This document shows, piece by piece, positions 16,167 through 24,193 of a DNA stretch of 33,515 nt. Within the stretch, counting starts at the first letter, position 1. The number at the start of each line of letters is the position of its first letter. The stretch is from Hormoscilla sp. GTDB lineage: Bacteria; Cyanobacteriota; Cyanobacteriia; Cyanobacteriales; Desertifilaceae. A program made the position numbers and the translations under genes. The notes beneath the pieces are model-generated. The model had not been told where the DNA came from. It made no database searches and saw nothing but the letters and a program-made list of their open reading frames with translations. The stretch is taken from NCBI GenBank assembly GCA_051439505.1, contig JBFRWI010000060.1, positions 1-33,515 on the forward strand. The letters are read 5' to 3'.

Positions 16167-18374
16167 TTAGATGAAAGTATTGCTAGTTCCGGACTCAGAC
16201 AAAGCCAGAGTACCAGCTAGATCGAAGGATTGCAAAAAGCCTGTAATTTCAGCAACAGTATTGCGGGTAGCATCTAAGGCAACAGCGCCGCTAATTAGAG
16301 AATCCCCGGTAAAGCCAAACAAATAACGGACAATCAAAATGCCATCAGTCAGGGCATCTGCTATGCCATTGCCATCTACATCCAGCATAGTGGTAAGCCC
16401 GCCCTCTAAGTAAGCAGCAATTGCCTCGGAACTGGCGCGACTGGCCCCAAGGCCGAGCGCATTATTAATCAGAGGCAAGTCTCTCAACCCGAAGAGATAG
16501 CGGATCGCCAAAGATCCATCTGTCAGGGCATCTGTTATCCCATTCCCATCAATGTCTAGATTAATCTCCTCGTTCTCTGAGTTGACGATGATGTTGACAG
16601 TAGCTGTGTCCGTACTGCCCAGGGCGTCGCTGATAGTATAGACGAAGCTATCTGCACCAGTAAATCCAGAGTCCGGGCTGTACAGCAGTCGGTCATCAGT
16701 CAAGTCATTTCTGGTGCCATTATCATCCCGACTGACAGTACCATTAGAAGCAGAACCAAAGTCAGTCAAGCAGATCGGGTCTCCATCTGCATTGGTATCG
16801 TTAGCCAGCACCTCAATGGTAATAGCTGTGTCTGCATCAGTAATGGTCCTGTCCGAGTTAGCCACAGGGGCCGAGTTAGCCACAGGAGTATTATTCTGGA
16901 GGTCCGTACTCCCGAAGATGACATAGCTTTGGGCGGGATTATTGTTAGTTTCTAGGCCATCGATAATCAGGTCATCTATCCCATCACCATTGATATCTCC
17001 AGCACCGCTGACAGAGATGCCTATATTGTTACCAGTAGACAGAGAGTCGATCGCGAAGCCATTGCTACCGTTTAGTTCATCCAGGTTTATGCTAGAAGCA
17101 AACCCCCCATCATTACCAAATAGCACATAGTTCAATCCACTGGATGTGCCACAGACATGAGTTCCTGGCGCACCGATAATCAAATCAGAAATGCCATCGC
17201 CGTTAATATCTCCGGCACCGCTAACCGAGGCTCCCACGCGGTCTCCTGGGGATATTCCTGCGATCGCGAAACCATTACTGCCGTTTAGTTCATCCAGGTT
17301 TATGCTCGCAGAAAATCCGCCATCACTGCCAAACACCACATAGCTTGAGCCACTTAAATCGCCATTTAGGTCAGCCCCTGGCGCACCGATAATCAGGTCA
17401 TCTATGCCATCGCCGTTAATATCTCCGGCATCGCTGACCGACAATCCCGCGCCCTCCCCACTTACTCCCCCATGCAGGGCGAACCCGTTGCTGCCGTTTA
17501 GTTCATCCAGGTTTATGCTAGAAGCAAATCCGCCATCACTGCCAAATACCACATAGCTAGAACCGGTTGAGGATCCACCTACATCAGCCCCTGGCGCACC
17601 GATAATCAGGTCATCTATGCCATCGCCGTTAATATCTCCAGCATTGCTGACTGACGTGCCCGTGTCGTCCTCGGCAGAAATCCCGTTCAGGGCGAAACCA
17701 TTGCTACCGTTTAGTTCTGATAGGTTAATACTGGCTGCTTCTTGGACATCACTGCCAAATACCACATAGCTAGTACCCATATAATTTGCAGTTATTGGTA
17801 CGCCGATAATTACATCATCTAAGCCATCCCCATTAATATCCCCCGCACCGCTGACTGCACTGCCTGAAAAGTTGTATGCATTGGCCCCGTCGATCGCGAA
17901 ACCATTGCTGCCGTTTAGCTCATCCAGGTTTATGCTGGCAGAAAATCCCTCATCACTGCCAAACACCACATAGCTCGATCCTGAAAATATGTCATTTGAG
18001 CCTGCCAATGGTGCCCCAATTATCAGGTCGTCTATACCATCCCCGTTGATATCTCCCGCGCCACTAACTGAACTCCCGGAAAAGTTATACGTACTTATGC
18101 CGTTGAGGATAAAGCCATTACTGCCGTTTAGTTCTGACAGGTTTATGCTAGCTGCCAATCGGCTATTCGAGCCAAAAACTACATATGTTTTCCCAGAGAA
18201 GCTGCCATTTGTCGATGCTGCTGGTGCCCCGATAATCAGGTCATCTATGCCATCCCCGTTGATATCCCCGGCACTCGTACTTATCAAGTTTGAGTTATCA
18301 TTCTCATCAAGCACCCTCATGACCACGCCGTTGTTGCCGTCTAGGTTTGAGAGGTTGAACGATAATCTTGCCAT
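16167..18374 (-). CDS. FG-GAP (integrin-alpha-like) repeat protein with cadherin/Ig-like domain and C-terminal paired DxDGNG motifs
   Basis: Seven GDINGDGxDDxIIG repeats; APVANSD...VLAND...FTGADSFVYTISD domain; two LD(I/V)DGNG..DALTDG motifs. No obvious signal peptide. Confidence 0.9.
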   Translation of the reverse strand: MARLSFNLSNLDGNNGVVMRVLDENDNSNLISTSAGDINGDGIDDLIIGAPAASTNGSFSGKTYVVFGSNSRLAASINLSELNGSNGFILNGISTYNFSGSSVSGAGDINGDGIDDLIIGAPLAGSNDIFSGSSYVVFGSDEGFSASINLDELNGSNGFAIDGANAYNFSGSAVSGAGDINGDGLDDVIIGVPITANYMGTSYVVFGSDVQEAASINLSELNGSNGFALNGISAEDDTGTSVSNAGDINGDGIDDLIIGAPGADVGGSSTGSSYVVFGSDGGFASSINLDELNGSNGFALHGGVSGEGAGLSVSDAGDINGDGIDDLIIGAPGADLNGDLSGSSYVVFGSDGGFSASINLDELNGSNGFAIAGISPGDRVGASVSGAGDINGDGISDLIIGAPGTHVCGTSSGLNYVLFGNDGGFASSINLDELNGSNGFAIDSLSTGNNIGISVSGAGDINGDGIDDLIIDGLETNNNPAQSYVIFGSTDLQNNTPVANSAPVANSDRTITDADTAITIEVLANDTNADGDPICLTDFGSASNGTVSRDDNGTRNDLTDDRLLYSPDSGFTGADSFVYTISDALGSTDTATVNIIVNSENEEINLDIDGNGITDALTDGSLAIRYLFGLRDLPLINNALGLGASRASSEAIAAYLEGGLTTMLDVDGNGIADALTDGILIVRYLFGFTGDSLISGAVALDATRNTVAEITGFLQSFDLAGTLALSESGTSNTFI

Positions 18375-18769
18375 AGCTTTTCACCTGCTATTGATGGTTA
18401 ATTTCTTGCCTTTCCCTTATGATACCACCAAATTTTCCTGTAGCTTCTCCTTAAGGAACTTGAAGAGCAACCGCCAGGTCTGATTAACTTATACTCATCC
18501 AGTTAGATAGTCATTATGATAATTTTTTTAAGAGCGAGTCCCATCACCGAAGGGACCTGCATAGGCTTGAATCCATCTAGAGAAAGAAGTTCAGCCCCAG
18601 CTATCTGACATGAAATGGCTCATTCTATCTGCAAATAATTAGCATTTGTCAGAAAAATATGACAAAAACTTAAAAAGACGTTATATAAAGACGTTATCTT
18701 ACGTAACATTCAGTATCCCCACTGGAGCGCTAGTCGCACCGGTGGCGATCCAGACCCAAAGTTAGCGAG

Positions 18770-18973
18770 ATGGAGGAATCGACGGTGGACCGAGGCGTAC
18801 AAGCAAAAGTAGGACTAATGCTGGCGATCGCAGGAGCAGTTTTGTTTATTGGGGGCGGTGGCTGCGTGTTCGCCGGTATATTAGCATTAGATAGCCTGCC
18901 GCCGGGATTTGCTGGCGTGGCCCTATTGATGGAAGTAGCTGGTCTAGGACTGACAGAGAAGAACCGAGACTGA
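18770..18973 (+). CDS. Small hypothetical membrane protein
   Basis: 67 aa with two hydrophobic Gly-rich segments. Confidence 0.5.
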   Translation: MEESTVDRGVQAKVGLMLAIAGAVLFIGGGGCVFAGILALDSLPPGFAGVALLMEVAGLGLTEKNRD

Positions 18974-19126
18974 TAAATATTTGAAATACTTCAAGTAGCC
19001 CAAACCCTTTCGGTGTCTTGGTTGGGGCGACAAACTTACCCTTGACAAAAAGCGAGGGTTCCTTCCCGTGCCGAGTATAGTAGCCGGAGTTGACGTTATG
19101 GGTGACCGTTATGGGTGACGATCGAT

Positions 19127-19798
19127 CTAGGGAGATTTATTGGTGGTGGCGATCGCGACTACGCCATAGACGGAAATACCCTGACGGTCCAGAACGCGAG
19201 CGGCTTCGCCTACAGTAGTACCGGTGGTATAGATATCGTCTAGCAGCAGCACCCGTTGCGGTCGCTTCTGAGTTAAGCTTTTACCCACACTCAAGGCGTC
19301 AGCCAACAGTTCTTGCCGTTCAGTAAGAGATAAACCAAACAACGGCTGAGTTGCCCGCACCCGTTCTAAACCCCGACGGTTCAAGGGTAAACCCGTGTAT
19401 TGGCAAAAGCTTTCTGCCAGCAGTTCGGCCTGGTTGAAGCCGCGCTGCTTGCGCTTATCGGCGTGCAGGGGGATAGGTACAACTACTGTTTTAACCTGAG
19501 AATGGGGTGATTTCATCCAAGCTTGGGCTAGCCAAGTACCGAGGGGACGGGCTAGCTGGGGCTGCTTTTCGTATTTGAGGGCCGCGATCGCTTGCTTGAG
19601 GATGCCGCCGTATCGGCCCCACACAAATACTGGCAACTGTCCTTCCCAAAACTGACCGGGATTGGTAAACTGGCACCGCAGCAGCGATCGATCGCAAGAT
19701 GGACATAATTCCCGATCGGCTGGACGCCCGCACAGAGGACAATTGGACTTCAGAAACAGATTCAAAAAGCTTTCTAACCATTGAGTCGGGCTGCTCAT
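19127..19798 (-). CDS. comF: ComF-family protein (Zn-ribbon plus phosphoribosyltransferase fold)
   Basis: CPLC...CPSC, PIPLH...RGFNQAELLA, LLDDIYTTGTT. Confidence 0.9.
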   Translation of the reverse strand: MSSPTQWLESFLNLFLKSNCPLCGRPADRELCPSCDRSLLRCQFTNPGQFWEGQLPVFVWGRYGGILKQAIAALKYEKQPQLARPLGTWLAQAWMKSPHSQVKTVVVPIPLHADKRKQRGFNQAELLAESFCQYTGLPLNRRGLERVRATQPLFGLSLTERQELLADALSVGKSLTQKRPQRVLLLDDIYTTGTTVGEAARVLDRQGISVYGVVAIATTNKSP

Positions 19799-19840
19799 CT
19801 TCCATACTCCTGCTGAGGAAGGATTATTTTCATTTTAACT

Positions 19841-22060
19841 GTGGATCTCTACTGGCTGGAGAAAATTCAACCAACGGACCGGGCCCTGGTAGGGGATAAA
19901 GCTTTTTACCTGAGCCAATTAATGCAGCGTGGCTATCCGGTAGTCCCGGGGTTGGTGGTACACAGCGGCATCTGGCGGCAGTTTCGGGAAACTCTTGATG
20001 GGTTAGAACTAGCATCAGGGGCTGTGGATAACCCCCGCCAACTGCAAGCAGAAGCTAAACGTCTCCGTCAGCTGATTACCTCCACCACCCTACCCCCAGA
20101 ATGCTTGGCAACCCTTTGTCAAGAGATCGAACAGTTGCAAGTTCCTGCGGTGATTTTTCGTCCTTCCGTCCATGTTTTGTCTCTAGGCGATCCTGTTACG
20201 GGACTTTGGCAATCTCATGTCAGCTTTACCAATAATGATGCGATCGCCCGCACCCTTCTCCTTGCCTGGGCGGAGTTATTTAGAGCCCGCAGCTTGTTTT
20301 TCTGGCAGCGTAGAGGTATTAACATCGAAGAGATTAACTGGGCAATATTGGTGCAACCGATCCACAAGGCGATCGCCTCTGGGGTTTTAAGGGCAAATAT
20401 GTCCCAGATGAGCATCCAGGCGACCTGGGGGTTAGGAATGTCTCTGGTAAAAGGAGAAGTCATCCCAGACTACTGGGAAGTGGAGGCGGAAACTGGCAAT
20501 ATCCAAGTGCAGATCCCCGGTCAAAAAAGCCTTGCCTATGACTTAGTTGCCGATGCCGATCGCCAGATGCCTTTACAAAGCTATACAGTCAGGTCCGAAC
20601 TAATCGCCACCAATTCCCTAGACCAAACTTACCTGCAACAGCTAATTGAGTTAGCAACGAAGATCGGAGCCGACTTTGGTCCTAGATTTACTTTAGAATG
20701 GACTATTCGGGAGACACCGTCAGGTAATGACCCGCAACTCGTGCTGACGCAAACAATTCCCAGAGGGAAAACTGAGGAAAATAGACGACCCTCTAGTCCC
20801 AGACCCCAACTAATGGATAATCTGAAATCTCCTACGCCAGTCCTCAGAGGACTGGCCGCTGCAACCGGACGCGCGATCGCCCCTGCGACGGTGCTTTCTC
20901 ACCCCAGAGAACCAGTCCCGGGGGGTACTATTTTAGTGGTGCGGGCAATTACCGCTGATTACTTGCCCCTGCTCAAACAAGCTGCTGGCGCGATCGCGGA
21001 ACGGGGAGGACTGACTAGCCATGGGGCGATCGTGGCCAGAGAATTAGGTATCCCAGCTATTCTCGGTGCCACTAATGCCACGCAAGTAATTCCCACTGGT
21101 GCGAGATTGCTCGTTGATGGCAGTAAGGGTGAAGTTTATCAGCTTTCCGAGCAAGAGTCCTTTGTGGCGGGACAACAGGTAAGCAAAGAAGAACAGCACA
21201 AGTCATTTTCCATTGCTACGCGACTGCTAGTTAATTTGAGTCAACCCAGTTCTCTGGCACGGGTGAAAGACTTGCCCGTAGATGGGGTAGGATTATTGCG
21301 ATCGGAACATATGGCTCCAGAGGTTTTAGAGCACAAGCATCCCAAGTGGTGGTTGCAGCAGGGGCGCGGGGCCGAGTTGATCGAGCGATGGCATCAGATT
21401 CTGCGGGAGTTTGCCACTACCTTTGCCCCCCGACCGGTATTTTATCGCTCTTTTGATTTGCGGTCTGACTCCGATGGTAATGATTTAGGTTTGCGAGGGA
21501 CTCTCAGCTATCAGTTAGATCCGACTTTATTCGATCTGGAACTAGCTGCTTTGGCCAAGTTACACCAGGAGGGTTTAACCAATGTTAATTTAATTTTGCC
21601 CTTTGTGCGTGCGGTCGAGGAGTTTTCCTTTTGTCGCCGTCGGGTAGAAACCTTTGCTTTTAGTTCTCTACAACTCTGGATCATGGCGGAGGTGCCTTCT
21701 GTCTTATTTTTATTACCCGAATATGTTAAAGCTGGAGTCCAGGGAATTGCTATTGGTACTAATGATTTGACTCAACTGTTGCTGGGGGTCGATCGGGACT
21801 CAACTGCCCTGGGAAATACTCTTAATGCCAGTCATCCTGCTGTTATGGGGGCGATCGAGCAGTTAATTACCATGGCCAGGCAAGCTGGAATTCCCTGTTC
21901 TATCTGCGGTCAGGCACCCGCGATGTATCCCGATTTAATAGATGCTTTAGTGCGCTGGGGGATCACCTCCATTTCTGTGGATGTTAGTGCGGTCCATAAC
22001 ACCAGAGAGGCGATCGCCCGGGCGGAACAACGCCTCCTCCTAGAAGCTGCTCGTCGTTGA
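19841..22060 (+). CDS. PEP-utilising enzyme (PEP synthase / pyruvate,water dikinase-like)
   Basis: VGDKA, GGLTSHGAIVARELGIP phospho-His domain, DGVGLLRSE, MAEVPS, IGTNDLTQ, SICGQ. Confidence 0.85.
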   Translation: MDLYWLEKIQPTDRALVGDKAFYLSQLMQRGYPVVPGLVVHSGIWRQFRETLDGLELASGAVDNPRQLQAEAKRLRQLITSTTLPPECLATLCQEIEQLQVPAVIFRPSVHVLSLGDPVTGLWQSHVSFTNNDAIARTLLLAWAELFRARSLFFWQRRGINIEEINWAILVQPIHKAIASGVLRANMSQMSIQATWGLGMSLVKGEVIPDYWEVEAETGNIQVQIPGQKSLAYDLVADADRQMPLQSYTVRSELIATNSLDQTYLQQLIELATKIGADFGPRFTLEWTIRETPSGNDPQLVLTQTIPRGKTEENRRPSSPRPQLMDNLKSPTPVLRGLAAATGRAIAPATVLSHPREPVPGGTILVVRAITADYLPLLKQAAGAIAERGGLTSHGAIVARELGIPAILGATNATQVIPTGARLLVDGSKGEVYQLSEQESFVAGQQVSKEEQHKSFSIATRLLVNLSQPSSLARVKDLPVDGVGLLRSEHMAPEVLEHKHPKWWLQQGRGAELIERWHQILREFATTFAPRPVFYRSFDLRSDSDGNDLGLRGTLSYQLDPTLFDLELAALAKLHQEGLTNVNLILPFVRAVEEFSFCRRRVETFAFSSLQLWIMAEVPSVLFLLPEYVKAGVQGIAIGTNDLTQLLLGVDRDSTALGNTLNASHPAVMGAIEQLITMARQAGIPCSICGQAPAMYPDLIDALVRWGITSISVDVSAVHNTREAIARAEQRLLLEAARR

Positions 22061-22067
22061 TAATAAA

Positions 22068-22106
22068 GACTAAAGTCCTTCCCCGTTTGTAGTAAGGACT
22101 TTAGTC
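22068..22106. terminator. 13-bp perfect inverted repeat between convergent genes
   Basis: gactaaagtcctt / aaggactttagtc; a related half copy lies at 1691-1712, also just after a stop codon. Confidence 0.55.
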
Positions 22107-22147
22107 CTTCCCCGGTTTTCGTTCTGAACTCTTAACTTGAAGCACAA

Positions 22148-22396
22148 TTATTCGGTTACAATTGTCAACTTCTTGGGCTGACCTTTCCTGATTTGGAAAG
22201 CCGTGACTTTCGCCCCTTCCTGTTCTAAATCTTCAATGTAACCTGGCAGTTCAACTTGAGCTTCCTTTGCTCTGGCAAATGGCCCAAAGTAGTAAATCCC
22301 TTGGGGAAATTCAGTCTTAATTTCTATCCATTCTGCCAATTGATACAGCTTTGATGTCACATACTCTGCACTTTTGCTGTCAAATTCATCTAGCAT
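22148..22396 (-). CDS. DUF1816-family protein
   Basis: WIEIKT..P...YYFGPF....EA....PGYIEDLEQEGA signature; GAGGAGGG RBS. Confidence 0.85.
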   Translation of the reverse strand: MLDEFDSKSAEYVTSKLYQLAEWIEIKTEFPQGIYYFGPFARAKEAQVELPGYIEDLEQEGAKVTAFQIRKGQPKKLTIVTE

Positions 22397-22506
22397 GCTT
22401 CTTTTCCCTCCTCTTCCTTATTACAGATCGGAACAAAGACGGCAATTAATAGGCATATATATACAACAGGCAATGCTCTCCCATCAATAACCGCTTCTAT
22501 GAACAA

Positions 22507-22884
22507 TCAACAATAAACTGCATCTAGCTTTCGGGCGATCGCCTGCATGAATTGCGTGTAACTTCCCTTCTTGTTTACATAATCATTATCACTTAAATCC
22601 ATCGATTGACTGCTATTTCCCTGGTCTGATTTCGATGTTAGGAAAATGAAAGGAGTATTTTTTAGACTTGCATCTTCGCGGATAATATGGAGCAGGCCAT
22701 AGCCATTGAGATTAGGCATGTTAATGTCACACAGGATCAGGTCAGGATGTAGATGTTTGGCTAACTGCAAGCCAACCAATCCATCTTCAGCACCAATGAC
22801 ATTAAACTCTTCTGCTTCTAGCATTTCGCACAAATCATTCCGCAGCATTTGCTCCTCTTCGATCAACAAAATTATTGGACTCAT
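22507..22884 (-). CDS. Single-domain response regulator (atypical), tandem paralog
   Basis: LILCDINMP, PFIFLTS; acidic pocket IEEE; no KP motif (DYVNKK). Confidence 0.85.
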   Translation of the reverse strand: MSPIILLIEEEQMLRNDLCEMLEAEEFNVIGAEDGLVGLQLAKHLHPDLILCDINMPNLNGYGLLHIIREDASLKNTPFIFLTSKSDQGNSSQSMDLSDNDYVNKKGSYTQFMQAIARKLDAVYC

Positions 22885-22928
22885 GCTTCTCTTCTCCTTG
22901 AGTTTATTCTCCTGTTTTCCTCAGCTAT

Positions 22929-23309
22929 TCACTGTGTCCTAACTGCATCTATTTGCTGGGCGATCGCCTGCAATAATCTCGTGAGCTTTCCGCCCTTCTT
23001 GACATAATCGTTAGCTCCTAACTCCATCGCTTGAGAGCGATTTGCCGGGTCCGATCTAGATGTCATAAAAATGAACGGAGTCTTTGCTGTAGTCGCCTCG
23101 GAGCGGATAATATGGAGCAGGCCATAGCCATTGATATTGGGCATATTAATGTCACACAGGATCAGATCTGGCTGTAGATGTTTCGCTAACTGTAAGCCAA
23201 CCCAGCCATCTTCAGCACCAATGACATTAAAGTTTTTTAATCCTAGCACTTTGCTCAAACCCGAACGCAGCAGATCATTAGCTTCTATTAACAAAATTGT
23301 TGTCCTCAT
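22929..23309 (-). CDS. Single-domain response regulator (atypical), tandem paralog
   Basis: MRTTILLIEAND...LILCDINMP...PFIFMTS...DYVKKG; same AAGGAGAAGAGAAGC leader as its paralog. Confidence 0.85.
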   Translation of the reverse strand: MRTTILLIEANDLLRSGLSKVLGLKNFNVIGAEDGWVGLQLAKHLQPDLILCDINMPNINGYGLLHIIRSEATTAKTPFIFMTSRSDPANRSQAMELGANDYVKKGGKLTRLLQAIAQQIDAVRTQ

Positions 23310-23659
23310 GCTTCTCTTCTCCTTTATATTATTCTCCTGCGTTCGGTTCTTCACTGTGTCCTGGAGCACTTTCCCTCCGACGATCGTTGATGGCGGATAT
23401 CGATAAGCGCTATCTGTAGATATGTAGTATACCCTCAGCTAATGTGGTACTGCAAATTGCCTACATCATCAGGGTTGAGCGCGTTTTTTCTGTATTACAC
23501 GTAAGAGAGCAACTGCTATAACTTATCTAGCTACAGTTCTAACTTAGAGAATAATTGTGAGGATTTTGTGAGCTGAGCGAAAAAATTTTCAGCACTATTT
23601 TGGCAAGGCCAACCGGACGACGATCGGATACCACCGGTTCCGAGAAAGAAGTAGCAAGC

Positions 23660-23730
23660 GTGAAACCCGGTTTCACGCCCATGCTATCTGTGGATCTATC
23701 AATGATGACGGCGAGAAACTGGGTTTCACC
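23660..23730. repeat. Pair of short GAAAC..GGTTTC palindromes (REP-like)
   Basis: gtgaaacccggtttcac and gagaaactgggtttcacc. Confidence 0.5.
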
Positions 23731-23818
23731 GACCGGCTCTCTAATGACCAGCGCCAGTAACCACGTATCATGCCTGCTGACCGCGCACCAGGCAGGCGAT
23801 CCGCCCGCCCTACGGAAA

Positions 23819-24193
23819 TTACCAGTTAAGGATCTCGGCGATCTGGTTAGCTAAATACTGGGGCTTAAAAGGTTTGGCGATCACTCCAGCTACCCCCAAA
23901 TCGATAAACTGCCGTTGTTCGCTAATCTGGGCTTTGGCAGTCAGGAAAATGGTTGGGATCTGGGCAGTGGCGGCATTTGCCTGTAACTTCCTGAAGGTCT
24001 CTGGACCATCCATCTCCGGCATCATTACATCTAGCAAAATGGCGTCTGGTTGCTCGGCGGCAGCTTTGGCTAATCCCTCGCTACCGGAAGTCGCAGTCAA
24101 TACTGAGTATCCCGCCGCCTCCTCCAGAGAGAATTGGATGATTTCTCTAATGCCATCTTCATCGTCAATCACTAGAATTCGCTTGCTGGTCAT
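23819..24193 (-). CDS. CheY-like single-domain response regulator
   Basis: MTSKRILVIDDE...LLDVMMPEMDG...FLTAK...AKPF; overlaps the end of the kinase gene. Confidence 0.92.
   Translation of the reverse strand: MTSKRILVIDDEDGIREIIQFSLEEAAGYSVLTATSGSEGLAKAAAEQPDAILLDVMMPEMDGPETFRKLQANAATAQIPTIFLTAKAQISEQRQFIDLGVAGVIAKPFKPQYLANQIAEILNW

Noticed and set aside
15427..18374. FG-GAP protein and nuclease as one interrupted polymorphic toxin gene
   Set aside because: After removing the MITE and one TSD they are still out of frame and separated by stop codons.
18674..18715. Direct repeat aaagacgttat x2 and an NtcA-like GTA-N8-TAT
   Set aside because: Short, AT-rich and not the GTA-N8-TAC consensus; cannot support a regulatory call.
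19841..22060. Assigning the symbol ppsA
   Set aside because: The N-terminal domain is divergent; likely a paralog.
23600..23854. 84-aa plus-strand ORF and the many other short antisense ORFs in the track
   Set aside because: They overlap repeats or well-supported genes on the opposite strand and show no recognisable motifs.
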